From Deltaproteobacteria bacterium (GTDB taxonomy: Bacteria > Desulfobacterota > Binatia > UBA12015): a DNA stretch of 50,973 nt. A program made the translations under genes and the position numbers. Where the stretch lies: positions 1 to 50,973 of the forward strand of contig JAYGCM010000074.1 of NCBI GenBank assembly GCA_046583355.1, in the 5' to 3' direction. Shown here piece after piece: positions 9,227 through 19,060 of this stretch. How positions within the stretch are numbered: position 1 is the first letter of the stretch; each line of letters opens with the position of its first letter. A model generated the notes under the pieces. The model was not told the origin of the DNA. It ran no database searches and saw only the letters and a program-made list of their open reading frames with translations.

Positions 9227-12200
9227 TTACGATTTCTGCTCCGACTTCGGAGCAAGATGCCCGAGCCGTTGCTCATAGACCCGCCGCACAGCATCGCGAT
9301 GGCGGTCCCAAGTCTCTAACAGAAGTTTGCCCGCCCGCGCGCCTTCGGCCTCGATGCCCATGCGGCGCGCCACGCTCGCCAACTCGGCCGGCCGGCGCCC
9401 CACCCGCAAAACGGGCTGCTCACCTTCGATACGCAGGCGGTTCTCCAATCCGCGCAGGAAAGAATGGCCGGCGATCAGGATCGCGTGCTCCTCGCTTCCC
9501 AGCACACCAGCCTCAGCCGCAGCATCGAGCAGCGGCCGGGTGGCACGCTGGCGCAAGCGGACATCGGCATGACCATATTGCAGGGCCAGAACCTGGGCCA
9601 GAAACTCGATATCAACCAGCCCGCCACGGCCCGTTCGGAGGTTCAGATGCAGCGCATCTTCATTAGCCGTTTCACGCTCCATACGAGCCCGCATCATGAC
9701 GATTTCGACAAGCTCACGCTCGTCCAGACCACGACCGTAGACAAATTCCGCGATCACCTCGCTCACCGCAAGCGCGAGATCCGGCGAGCCACAGACCACG
9801 CGGGCACGAATCAGCGCCTGACGCTCCCAGATCGCCGAGGACTCCCGATGGTAGCGCCGAAAGCCAGCCAGCGAGGAGACCAGCGCCCCTGAATTGCCCG
9901 AGGGGCGCAGCCGCGTATCGATCCGGTAGGCATAGCCTTCGCGGGTCCGCAGTTGCAGGTTGCCCATCAGGGTCTGGGCCAGGCGCGCAAAGAATTCCTG
10001 CTCCGAGAGGCCGCGCAAGCCCTCGCCCGGCGCGGCACCGGGATCGGCACCGTGCACGAACACCAGGTCGAGGTCGGAATGGTAGTTGAGTTCACGGCTG
10101 CCGAGTCGGCCCATCGCCACAACCACCAGACCGGCCCCCGCGGGCACGCCGTGGCGGCTCTCCCGCCAGCCACGCGCCAGATCGTAGGCCCCGATAATCG
10201 AGGTCTCCGCGAGGTCCGAGAGTTGCTCGGAGACTTCCGCCCAATGCAGCGATCCTTCGATATCATTGATACCGATGCGCAGGCTCTCGTCGTTATGGAA
10301 GCGGCGCAGCGCGTCCAGGGAAGCCTCGTCGCCTTGCGCGGCGGCCAGCCGGCCGGCCAGTTCGCGACGCAGATCTTCGCGCGTCTTTCTCGCCTTGGCG
10401 AGGTCCGAGCGAACCAGAACATCGAGAAGTTCGGGCTGCGCGAGCAGGCGCCGCGAAAGAAACTCGCTGGTCGCGAAGAGGCGAATCAGCAGCCGCAGGG
10501 TTGCCCGATTCTCCGCCAGCAAAGAAAGAAACGAGCGCCGCGCACCGACGCGGCGGAGGAATTCGGCCAGCAGACCAAGGGCCCGGTCAGGAGCCGAAGT
10601 GGCGAGCACGGCCTCGAGCAGAGCCGGCGAGAGTTCGCGCAACGCGCGCTCGGCACCCACCGAGCGCGCGGGGACCTCGCCCCCATCGCGCAACAGGCGC
10701 AGGGCGGCGACAGCAGCGTCTGGCTCGGCGAAGCCCAGGGTAGCGGCCCGTGTCGTGGCGTCGTCGCCGTCGAGCGAGGCGATCAGATCGCGGGCGCGTT
10801 CATCGGCAATCGAGAGCGCCTCGGCGCGGCGGTCGCGGAAGAGGTCGGCGAAGGCGTGGCGCACCGTCGCGGTATGATGCGCATGCAGCGTATCGAAGGT
10901 GCCAAGGGCGCCGCCCACCGGCATGCGGCGCCAGATCGGCCCCCGCCCCGTGAGGTGGCAGGCCAACCGGCGCGCCACCACGCGGCGCTCTTCGCTTGAT
11001 GCCGGAAGGGAATGCACCTGGCGGTCATCCTGCAACTGCACGGCGTGCTCCACCCGTCGCAGCCAGCGGTAGGCGGCGGCCAGCGCGGCGGCTTCGGCCG
11101 CCGGCAGATGCCCGACCTCGGCCAAGACACCGAGGAGGTCGAGGCAGCCCGGCTCGCGCAGGCGTGGGTCCAGGCCACCATGCACCATCGAGAAGGATTG
11201 CGCGAAGAACTCAACCTCGCGGATACCACCCGGGCCTAGCTTCACGTTGCGGGTAACATCACCGCGCCCACGCGCCTCGCGCTCCACTTCGGCCTTCATG
11301 CTTTCGAGGTCGGCAATCATCGAATAGTCGAGAGTGCGGCGGTAGATGAAGCTCGCAAGCTCGGTGAGCAATTCGTCACCCAGGTCAAGGTCGCCGCCGA
11401 CCGGGCGCGCCTTGAAGAAGGCCGCGCGCTCCCAGGTCTGGCCGTACGTCGCATAATATTGGAGGGTCGCCTCGCGCGAGGTGGTCAGGGCCCCGTTGCG
11501 GCCGTCGGGCCGAAGCCGCAGATCAACCCGGAAGACGAAGCCTTCATCCTGGACCTCGGAGAGGAGCCGGGTGATGCGCTCGGCCATCCGGGTAAAGAAG
11601 ACACGCGCCTCCAGCCCGCCCTTCGGGCCACCGCGGCTTTCCTGATCGCCGCCGTCATGCACGAAGACCAAGTCGACATCCGAGCTATAATTCAACTCGC
11701 GTGCGCCGAGCTTCCCCAGCCCGAGAACGACAAAACGCGCCGGCCGACCCTGGGCATCGAAAATCAAGCCATGCTCACGCTCAACCTCGGCTCGGGCAAG
11801 CCGAGTCGCCAGCGTGATGGCGCACTCGGCCATCTCGCTCAGAGCGACCAGGGTCTCGCGCACCGAGGCCATGCCCCATAAATCGCGACTGCCGATGCGC
11901 AGCATCGAGCGCTGCCGCCAACGCCGCAGCAATGCCGCACTCTGCTCCGGCGCGGCGAGCAATTTCTCTGCATCGAGCTGCGGCATGGGCTCGCGACCAG
12001 CCATATTCCGTGCGAGCCATTGTGCCCAATCCGGGTTGCCGATCAGAACGCGGCTGAGATGCGCGCTGCCGCCGAGGACCGCAAAAAGAGCGATCTGCGC
12101 ATCGCGCGTGAGCGCCGCGACTCTCGGAATGCCACCGTCCAGATCGGCCGCTCGCGCGACGGCAAGCTCCGGATCGGCGGCAAAATGGGTCGCGATGCCG

Positions 12201-12232
12201 ACCAGGCCGGCCGATCCGGATATTTCCGCCAT
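9227..12232 (-). CDS. glnE: Bifunctional glutamine synthetase adenylyltransferase/deadenylylase
   Basis: Two nucleotidyltransferase domains (GKLGARELNYSSDVDL; GRLGSRELNYHSDLDL), RVDLRLRPDG, WERQAL, KLGPGGIREVEF; start trimmed to ATG 12232. Confidence 0.95.
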   Translation of the reverse strand: MAEISGSAGLVGIATHFAADPELAVARAADLDGGIPRVAALTRDAQIALFAVLGGSAHLSRVLIGNPDWAQWLARNMAGREPMPQLDAEKLLAAPEQSAALLRRWRQRSMLRIGSRDLWGMASVRETLVALSEMAECAITLATRLARAEVEREHGLIFDAQGRPARFVVLGLGKLGARELNYSSDVDLVFVHDGGDQESRGGPKGGLEARVFFTRMAERITRLLSEVQDEGFVFRVDLRLRPDGRNGALTTSREATLQYYATYGQTWERAAFFKARPVGGDLDLGDELLTELASFIYRRTLDYSMIADLESMKAEVEREARGRGDVTRNVKLGPGGIREVEFFAQSFSMVHGGLDPRLREPGCLDLLGVLAEVGHLPAAEAAALAAAYRWLRRVEHAVQLQDDRQVHSLPASSEERRVVARRLACHLTGRGPIWRRMPVGGALGTFDTLHAHHTATVRHAFADLFRDRRAEALSIADERARDLIASLDGDDATTRAATLGFAEPDAAVAALRLLRDGGEVPARSVGAERALRELSPALLEAVLATSAPDRALGLLAEFLRRVGARRSFLSLLAENRATLRLLIRLFATSEFLSRRLLAQPELLDVLVRSDLAKARKTREDLRRELAGRLAAAQGDEASLDALRRFHNDESLRIGINDIEGSLHWAEVSEQLSDLAETSIIGAYDLARGWRESRHGVPAGAGLVVVAMGRLGSRELNYHSDLDLVFVHGADPGAAPGEGLRGLSEQEFFARLAQTLMGNLQLRTREGYAYRIDTRLRPSGNSGALVSSLAGFRRYHRESSAIWERQALIRARVVCGSPDLALAVSEVIAEFVYGRGLDERELVEIVMMRARMERETANEDALHLNLRTGRGGLVDIEFLAQVLALQYGHADVRLRQRATRPLLDAAAEAGVLGSEEHAILIAGHSFLRGLENRLRIEGEQPVLRVGRRPAELASVARRMGIEAEGARAGKLLLETWDRHRDAVRRVYEQRLGHLAPKSEQKS

Positions 12233-12252
12233 CGCGAGGAAGACCCGGCTCG

Positions 12253-13584
12253 CTACGCCGCTGCCGCCGGAACGTCGGCCGTGGCCTCGCGGCAAAAGCT
12301 CTCGATTTCCAGCAATGCTCGCTCGGCCTGCTTGAGGCGCCGCTCGCGTCCCTTCCGGGTGCGTCCCGGAAGCGGCGGGAAAAGACCATAATTCGCATTG
12401 ACGGGCTGGAATTCCTTGCGCCCCTCCGCCGTCACATAAGCGACCAACGAACCGAGACAGGTCGTCTCCGGTGGCACCAGCGCTTGCGCGCCGCGCAAAT
12501 GCCGCGCCGCATTCACTCCGGCAAGCCACCCCATCGAGGTCGATTCCAGGTAGCCCTCGACGCCGATCAACTGGCCGGCAAGAAAGAGATCGTCACGCAC
12601 GCGAGTCTGCAATGTCGGAAGCAGAATCCGCGGCGAGTCGATGAACGTATTTCGGTGGAGACTCCCGAGCCGCACGAACTCGGCGTTCTCGAGGCCGGGG
12701 ATCTTGCGGAAGACGCGCCGCTGCTCGCCATAGGTCATCTTGGTCTGAAAGCCGACCATATTGAAAAGCTGCGCGTTGCGATCGTCCTGGCGCAATTGCA
12801 CCACGGCATGCGCCCGCTGGCCGGTTTTGGGATCGCGCAAACCGACCGGCTTGAGCGGCCCGAAGGAAAGCGTCTTGCGGCCGCGGCGCGCCATCTCCTC
12901 GATCGGCAGGCAGCCTTCAAAATGCACGCAACGTTCGAAGTCGCGCGCCTCGATCTTGTCCGCCGCGAGCACATCGTCGATCAACGTCTCGTACTCGGCT
13001 TCGTTCAGCGGGCAATTGACGTAATCGTCGCCGCCTTTGTCATAGCGCGATGCCTTCCACGCCTTGGAGAAATCGATCGAGTCGGCCACGATGATCGGCG
13101 CGATCGCGTCGTAGAAATAGAGCTGCTGCTCGCCGAAAAGAGTCGCCAGCGAATCGGCCATTGATTGCGAGGTAAGCGGTCCCGAGGCAAGAATCGTGAG
13201 GCCCTGCGGCAGCGCTTCTACCTCGCCGCGCACCAGCCGGATCTCGCTACAGCTCTCGATGGCTGCGGTCACTCCGGCCGAAAAGCCCTCGCGATCCACC
13301 GCCAACGACCCGCCCGCCGGCACCCGATGCTCGTCGGCAATCTGCAAGATCAGCGAACCGAGCTGGCGCATCTCATCTTTCAGGAGACCGACGGCGGCCG
13401 TATGCTCGGCGCTACGAAAACTATTCGAGCAGACCAACTCGGCGAGCTTGTCGGTCTGGTGCGCCTCGGTGCCGCGCTCGGGCCGCATCTCATGCAGATC
13501 GACCGCAACGCCGCGGCGCGCGAGCTGCCAAGCCGCCTCGCATCCTGCCAGACCACCACCAATCACCTTTACGCGTGCATCCAC
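12253..13584 (-). CDS. trmFO: FADH2-oxidizing tRNA m5U54 methyltransferase TrmFO (Gid)
   Basis: [61 protein letters not shown]. Confidence 0.96.
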   Translation of the reverse strand: MDARVKVIGGGLAGCEAAWQLARRGVAVDLHEMRPERGTEAHQTDKLAELVCSNSFRSAEHTAAVGLLKDEMRQLGSLILQIADEHRVPAGGSLAVDREGFSAGVTAAIESCSEIRLVRGEVEALPQGLTILASGPLTSQSMADSLATLFGEQQLYFYDAIAPIIVADSIDFSKAWKASRYDKGGDDYVNCPLNEAEYETLIDDVLAADKIEARDFERCVHFEGCLPIEEMARRGRKTLSFGPLKPVGLRDPKTGQRAHAVVQLRQDDRNAQLFNMVGFQTKMTYGEQRRVFRKIPGLENAEFVRLGSLHRNTFIDSPRILLPTLQTRVRDDLFLAGQLIGVEGYLESTSMGWLAGVNAARHLRGAQALVPPETTCLGSLVAYVTAEGRKEFQPVNANYGLFPPLPGRTRKGRERRLKQAERALLEIESFCREATADVPAAAA

Positions 13585-13597
13585 ACAGGCGAGCTTA
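13585..13597 (-). promoter_or_regulatory. Putative -10 (TAAGCT) 7 nt before trmFO GTG; likely leaderless
   Basis: Minus strand TAAGCTcgcctgtGTG; no SD. Confidence 0.4.
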
Positions 13598-13686
13598 ACG
13601 GCTGCCGCACCTGCGAGCTATGCGAAGGACTCCATCCAACCGCATCCCGCAGCGGCCGTGGCCAAAAGAGCCGGAAGTGGGCCCGT

Positions 13687-14592
13687 TCAGGCCACGAAAA
13701 TCCGCCCATCGGCGCCGCGGTGCACCCGCCCGCCGAGTTCCAAGTCCAGCAATAGCCGCTGGATTTCGTCGACTCGGCGACCGCTCAGGCGCGCCAGATC
13801 ATCGACTGTCTCCGCACCCTCGCGAATCCAGCCAAGGAGTGCGACGCCCTGCGTCAGGGGACCGTCATCTTCCGGCGCGGCGCGTTTGTCGAGCACCTGC
13901 GAGAGCCAGGGCAGAGCCTGGAGAATATCGTCGAGATTCTCCACCAATCCGGCGCCGGCTTTGAGCAAACCATTGGTGCCTGCGGCGCGCGGCAGTAGCG
14001 GCGCCGACGGCACGGCAAAAACCTCGCGGCCCTGCTCCAGCGCCAGGCGCGCGGTAATCAGCGAACCGCTTCGCTTGCGTGCCTCGACCACCACGACGCC
14101 GGCCGAGAGGCCGCTGATCAACCGGTTGCGGGCCGGGAAATTCTGCTTCAGCGGAGGCGTACCGGGCTTCTGCTCGCCGAGCAGGAGGCCCTGCTTCAGG
14201 ATGGCGCGACGCAGCCGTGCATTGGCCTGCGGATAGACGATATCGGGGCCGCAGCCGATCACGGCTACCGTGCGACCCTTGGCTTCGAGCGCGCCGCGAT
14301 GCGCGGCGGCGTCAATTCCCCTGGCCAGTCCGCTCACCACCACAAAGCCTGCGCTCGCGATCTCGTAGCCAAGCCGGCGTGCGGTCGCCTCGCCCTGGGC
14401 GGTACAATCCCGCCCACCGACGATGCCGATGGCCGGCAGACAGAGCAGCTCGCGCAGCCGGTTCAGGCAGCCGCGAACCCAAATTGCCTCGGGCGGGTCG
14501 TGAATCTGGAGGAGAGAGGGCGGGAAATCTTCCTCTCCGCAACCGACCAGGCGCGCATAGGGTTCGCATTGTCCATCATTCCAAGCCATCAA
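13687..14592 (-). CDS. dprA: DNA-processing protein DprA/Smf
   Basis: IHDPP, VVSGLARGIDAAAHRGAL, FPARNRLISGLS, SGSLITARLALEQGREVFAVP, C-terminal winged-helix-like LLLDLELGG. Confidence 0.93.
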   Translation of the reverse strand: MMAWNDGQCEPYARLVGCGEEDFPPSLLQIHDPPEAIWVRGCLNRLRELLCLPAIGIVGGRDCTAQGEATARRLGYEIASAGFVVVSGLARGIDAAAHRGALEAKGRTVAVIGCGPDIVYPQANARLRRAILKQGLLLGEQKPGTPPLKQNFPARNRLISGLSAGVVVVEARKRSGSLITARLALEQGREVFAVPSAPLLPRAAGTNGLLKAGAGLVENLDDILQALPWLSQVLDKRAAPEDDGPLTQGVALLGWIREGAETVDDLARLSGRRVDEIQRLLLDLELGGRVHRGADGRIFVA

Positions 14593-14598
14593 AGGAAG

Positions 14599-14626
14599 AT
14601 CCTAGATTCCCTCGCGCGGGCGGCAA
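14599..14626 (-). promoter_or_regulatory. Putative sigma70 promoter of dprA (TTGCCG-16-TAGGAT), 6-9 nt before TTG/ATG
   Basis: Minus strand TTGCCG cccgcgcgagggaatc TAGGAT cttcct TTG ATG. Confidence 0.45.
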
Positions 14627-14689
14627 TGTCAGGAAGACCATATCGTGCTAGTTGACAAACCCTATGTGGTTCATGAATAGAGCGGCACC

Positions 14690-15016
14690 ATGACCAATGT
14701 GCGGGAAATCATGAACGGCCTACCGGAGCGCTTCGATCCGAAGGTCGCGGCCGGCATGAATGCCGTGATTCAATTCGACCTCTCGAATGCGCAAAGCAGC
14801 GAGCATTACCACGCCCTGATCCACGACGGGCAATGCGAAGTCGTCGAAGGAGAGCACTCCTCGCCAAGCATGACCCTGCGCATGACGGCAAGCGATTACG
14901 TCGACCTTGCCACCGGCAAGCTCGGCCATCAGCTCGCCTTCATGACCGGGCGCCTGCGCGTAAACGGCGACCTCACGTTGGCAATGAAGCTACGCACGCT
15001 GCTCCGCCTCGGCTGA
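14690..15016 (+). CDS. SCP2 sterol/lipid-binding domain protein
   Basis: IQFDL, DG.C.V.EG...P..T, AFMTGRLRVNGDLTLAMKL. Confidence 0.9.
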   Translation: MTNVREIMNGLPERFDPKVAAGMNAVIQFDLSNAQSSEHYHALIHDGQCEVVEGEHSSPSMTLRMTASDYVDLATGKLGHQLAFMTGRLRVNGDLTLAMKLRTLLRLG

Positions 15017-15040
15017 GACGCTCCCACCCGACCACGCTCA

Positions 15041-15068
15041 AGGTCCGGCCGAAAAGCAGGGCCTCTAG
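15041..15068. repeat. Short copy of the intergenic palindromic-element terminus (AGGTCCGGCCGAAAAGCAGGGC-CTCTAG)
   Basis: First 22 nt are 20/22 identical to 26314-26335; lies at a convergent junction; its CTAG supplies the argA-like stop. Confidence 0.7.
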
Positions 15069-16243
15069 AGGTCGTAGCGAAAGGCGCGGACACGGGCGCG
15101 ACGCGTGGCATCGTAGCCCTGCCATTTCGCCGGCGGCAGCGACTCGCTCGCTACTTCGACGAATTTTTCGCGCAGGAAGAAGGCGGCGGCCCGCTCGGCC
15201 GTGGTCACCGAAAAGACGAACGCAATGCCATCTTCGCCCGCGTCGTGCAGCATCCGCCGCACCAGCTTCATGCCGATCCCCTCGCCCTTGAATCGCGTGA
15301 TTGCGTAGAGTCCGGCGATCTCGGCTGCGCCGACGTCGCGGTAGGCCGCGCGGCGCAACGAACCCACGCCGCCAAGATGGTGCGCCCCGATCCAGGCACC
15401 ATATCCATCAAATAGCAATTCGCCGACCTCGGCCGCGCCACGCGGCTTGAGGAGCCCCTCTGCCTGTCCGCGTGCGAGTAGGCGTTCCACCTCGGCGAAG
15501 TCGTCGATCGACAAACGTCCGATATGAAGATGATCGTCACGCGAGAAGAAGGTTCCGGCGCCCTCGTAGGTAAACAGCTCGCGTGCCAGATCTTCCGCCC
15601 GACAGAGATTTACACTGCCGACGCCCGCATCCAACATTTCTGCAATTGCGGCCAGGCCGTCGCGGTGCTGACCCAGGCCATGCAACTCGGCCGTGCCAGC
15701 CGCCAGGAGCATTTCGAGGCGCGGACCGTCGAGATACGAAAGCGAAGCCCCGTCGCCGGCCTCGCGCAGGCCGCCCTGGGCGTCCACAAGCACGAGCTTG
15801 AGCGCCCGCAGGCGGCTCGCAATCCGGCCGGCCACCGGAAGCGAGGCTCCCCGTGTCACCACCAGGCAGAGGTCGCGGCCGCGCAGGACCTGCCAGACCC
15901 GGCCGAGGGAATCGTCCTGCTGCCCGATCGCCCATTGGACGATATCGCTCTGCGGCGCCCGACCGCCCAGCGGCGAACGCCGCGCCCGCACGCGCTCAGG
16001 GAGTTCCAACCAACGGCGCACGGCGGCCCCATCCGTCCGGCTCTCCGCGCCCAGCACAAGGACGACGCGCGTGCGATTCCGCACCAATTCCGCGACCGCC
16101 GCAGCCAGCCGCCGCCGCGGGCCAACCCGCGCCACTGCGCTGCGGTCCAGAGCCAGCACCAATGTCCTTTGCCGAAACTCGTCGAGGTAAAATTCTTTTT
16201 CGCCAGGCGACCGCACCTGCGACGGGTACCATAGCTTCGCCAT
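15065..16243 (-). CDS. Amino-acid N-acetyltransferase ArgA-like (degenerate amino-acid-kinase domain + GNAT)
   Basis: YLDEFRQRTLVLAL, RLRALKLVLV, ELFTYEGAGT, GLLKPR, AEIAGLY, FKGEGIG, FFLREKF; start ATG 16243. Confidence 0.72.
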   Translation of the reverse strand: MAKLWYPSQVRSPGEKEFYLDEFRQRTLVLALDRSAVARVGPRRRLAAAVAELVRNRTRVVLVLGAESRTDGAAVRRWLELPERVRARRSPLGGRAPQSDIVQWAIGQQDDSLGRVWQVLRGRDLCLVVTRGASLPVAGRIASRLRALKLVLVDAQGGLREAGDGASLSYLDGPRLEMLLAAGTAELHGLGQHRDGLAAIAEMLDAGVGSVNLCRAEDLARELFTYEGAGTFFSRDDHLHIGRLSIDDFAEVERLLARGQAEGLLKPRGAAEVGELLFDGYGAWIGAHHLGGVGSLRRAAYRDVGAAEIAGLYAITRFKGEGIGMKLVRRMLHDAGEDGIAFVFSVTTAERAAAFFLREKFVEVASESLPPAKWQGYDATRRARVRAFRYDL

Positions 16244-16319
16244 AAAGTCGTTCCCCAACGGCGCCTCCGTGCCTCTTCGGATTGCCTTCCTCTTTCTCCG
16301 GCAGTAGAAAACAAGCACC

Positions 16320-18005
16320 TTGCGAATCCCGTCAAAGATTGTGGTGCTCGTTCTACTCTCCTTGGTCGCGGCGCGCCCCGCGCTCGCGGCCCCCGCGGAC
16401 GCGAAGATGGCCGAAGGCGTAGTCGCCACCGAAAGTCCGCTTGCTGCGGCTGCCGGCGCCGGCATTCTCGCGGCAGGCGGCAGTGCCGTCGACGCCGTGA
16501 TCGCAACGGCGCTGGCCGTCTGCACCGTGCACCCCTCTTCGTGCGGCATCGGCGGCGGCGGTTTTCTGGTCGTCTGGGATGCCGCGAAGGCCGAGGCCTA
16601 TGCGCTGGACTTCCGCGAACGCGCACCGGCGGCGACGCGCGAGGCCCTCTACGAAGAAGACGGCACCTACCTTCCAGCGCGCAGCCGCCGCGGTGGGCTG
16701 GCCATCGGCATACCCGGCGAAATCCGCGGCTATGCCGCCGCGCACGCGCGCTTCGGCAGGCTTCCCTGGGCCGATCTCTTCGCACCCGCAATCGCCTTGG
16801 CGCGCGACGGCTTTCCGGTCTCCGAGCATCTCGCCAAACGAATCGCGGCGGTCCAAGAGGCGCTTGCGGCCGACCCTTCTTTGGCCGCAGTCTTCCTCGA
16901 CAAGGACGGTGCCGCCCTGCCCGCCGGCACAACCCTCAAGCGTCCCGCGCTCGCCCGCACCTTCGCGAGAATCGCAACCGAGGGAGATTCCGCTTTTTAT
17001 GACGGACCGATTGCGGACGCCATCGTAGCGGCCGCCGGCGCACGCGGCAGCGTGCTCACCAAGGCCGACCTCGCCGACTACGAACCGCTTTGGCGTGCAC
17101 CGCTGCGCACCAAATACCGCAGCGCCGAGATCGCAACCATGCCACCGCCGAGCAGCGGCGGCATCGCCCTCATCACGGCACTCGATACCCTGCGCGGCTA
17201 CGATATGGCCGCGGTCGGCGCGGCTTCGCCCAGCCGCTGGCATCTCCTCGCCGAAATCCTCAAGCATTCCTTTGCCTACCGCGCCCAGGCCGCCGGCGAT
17301 CCCGGCTGGGACATGCCGGTATGGCCGCCGCGCGGCCGCGCCCTGCGCGATCGGATCCGCAGCTACGAGACTCTGCCGGCCGACGCCTACAAGCCGGTCG
17401 CGCCGCCACCCAACGACAGCGGCACCGCGCACGTCTCCATCATCGCCGGAGACGGCTCGGGCGCCGCCCTTACCTCAACGATCAATACTACTTTCGGCAG
17501 CCTGGTCGGCGTCCCCGGAACCGGCATCATCCTGAACAACGAGATGGACGATTTCACCTTCGATGCGCCCAACCTCTTCGGCCTCGCACCCGGCCCGACC
17601 AACCGTATAGCCCCCGGCAAACGCCCCGCCAGCAGCATGACGCCCACCCTGGCGATCCGCGACGGCCGCGCCGTCGTCGCGGTGGGCGCCTCCGGCGGCC
17701 CGCTGATCATCAGCGCCACGATTCAGACTTTGACCAATATCCTCGACCATAATATGTCGCCCGAGGCAGCCGTCGCCGCGCCCCGCGTACACCACCAATG
17801 GATGCCCAATCTGCTTCTGGTCGAGCCGGGCATCAGCGAGGCCGACCGCGATGCGCTGCGGATCCTCGGCCACAAAATCCGCCAGATCAAGGCCATCGCA
17901 GCCGTCTCCCTGGCGACCGCCCATTCAGACGGAAGCGCATCGGGCGCCGGCGATGCCCGCAAGGGCGGTGCGGCCATGACGGTTCCCGCACGAGCGGCGC
18001 CATGA
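16320..18005 (+). CDS. ggt: Gamma-glutamyltransferase, secreted
   Basis: Signal peptide; GGSAVDA, SCGIGGGGF, DFRERAP, PPPSSGG, GTAH (Thr nucleophile), LNNEMDDF, PGKRPASSMTP, PRVHHQW. Confidence 0.95.
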   Translation: MRIPSKIVVLVLLSLVAARPALAAPADAKMAEGVVATESPLAAAAGAGILAAGGSAVDAVIATALAVCTVHPSSCGIGGGGFLVVWDAAKAEAYALDFRERAPAATREALYEEDGTYLPARSRRGGLAIGIPGEIRGYAAAHARFGRLPWADLFAPAIALARDGFPVSEHLAKRIAAVQEALAADPSLAAVFLDKDGAALPAGTTLKRPALARTFARIATEGDSAFYDGPIADAIVAAAGARGSVLTKADLADYEPLWRAPLRTKYRSAEIATMPPPSSGGIALITALDTLRGYDMAAVGAASPSRWHLLAEILKHSFAYRAQAAGDPGWDMPVWPPRGRALRDRIRSYETLPADAYKPVAPPPNDSGTAHVSIIAGDGSGAALTSTINTTFGSLVGVPGTGIILNNEMDDFTFDAPNLFGLAPGPTNRIAPGKRPASSMTPTLAIRDGRAVVAVGASGGPLIISATIQTLTNILDHNMSPEAAVAAPRVHHQWMPNLLLVEPGISEADRDALRILGHKIRQIKAIAAVSLATAHSDGSASGAGDARKGGAAMTVPARAAP

Positions 18006-18925
18006 CCCCGACCGTCCCGCGCCTCTCGGTCATCATCCCTACGCGCAACCGCGCCGCCCATCTCGCCAAGCTGCTGCATAGCCTCGACCAGGTGACCGAA
18101 CCGGCGATTGCCTGGGAAATTGTTGTAGCCGACAACGGCTCGAGCGACGGCACCTCACGCTTGCTTGCTGACTGGCGACGCTCCGGCGGCGGTCGCGCGG
18201 TTGTGCGAGTCGACCAACCGGGGAAATCCCGTGCCGTCAACGCCGCCATTGCCACCTCCAGCGGCGAGGTGCTCTGCTTTCTCGACGACGATATCACCGT
18301 CGAGCCGGCTTGGCTTTGTGCCGTCTGGGAGCATTTCGAGAGGCGCCCGAATGCCGTCGCCGCGCAAGGCGCCATCCTCTGGCCCGCCGAGGTCGAAGAA
18401 GATCCCGAACTGCGCGCCTCGATCGAAGGCCACGGCACAATCGTGCGCCACGTACTCCCCCAAGGCACCCTCGCCAGCCAACTCATCGGCTTCAATATGG
18501 CCCTGCGCCGCCACACCATGGGAGTGCTTGGCGGCTTCGATGAGAGACTCGGCCCCGGCGCATCCGGGCTCAGCGACGAACGCGAACTCGCCGACCGCCT
18601 ACGCAAGCTCGGTGGCGCGGTCGATTATATGGCCGATGCCCGCGTCATCCATGAAATTGACGACGCCCACCTGACCGAAGAATTCTTCCGCGAACACCAC
18701 CGAAAACAAGGCCGCAGCCGCTTCGCCTACAAGCAAAACGGCCTCTTCTCCAGCATCCTGCCCAACCTCGCCAAGGCCGCCCTCACCTACATACTCTGGA
18801 CCATCACCGGCAACATCCGACGCCGCTACCGCGCCCGCGGCCGCCTCTACCACTACCGCGAAATGCTCCGCCTCCGCGGGCGCCGGGACATGAATGCAGG
18901 TACCAAGGCAGCACGGAAGCCGTAA
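18002..18925 (+). CDS. Glycosyltransferase family 2
   Basis: SVIIPTRNR, VADNGSSDGT, FLDDD, GGFDERLG; ATGA overlap with ggt. Confidence 0.9.
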   Translation: MTPTVPRLSVIIPTRNRAAHLAKLLHSLDQVTEPAIAWEIVVADNGSSDGTSRLLADWRRSGGGRAVVRVDQPGKSRAVNAAIATSSGEVLCFLDDDITVEPAWLCAVWEHFERRPNAVAAQGAILWPAEVEEDPELRASIEGHGTIVRHVLPQGTLASQLIGFNMALRRHTMGVLGGFDERLGPGASGLSDERELADRLRKLGGAVDYMADARVIHEIDDAHLTEEFFREHHRKQGRSRFAYKQNGLFSSILPNLAKAALTYILWTITGNIRRRYRARGRLYHYREMLRLRGRRDMNAGTKAARKP

Positions 18926-19060
18926 TTTTGTCTTCGCGGGCATGACATTATCTGTCTTTTTGCGGATGCCACAGCACCTGCATCTTGCCCACTTCAACGA
19001 CTCGGCATACATGCCGTAGAGTACTCTGATCGGTGCATTTGAGCTCGAGGGCAGATTTCC

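Noticed and set aside
14652..14680. TTGACA upstream of the SCP2 gene as a full promoter
   Set aside because: No convincing -10 hexamer at 16-18 nt spacing.
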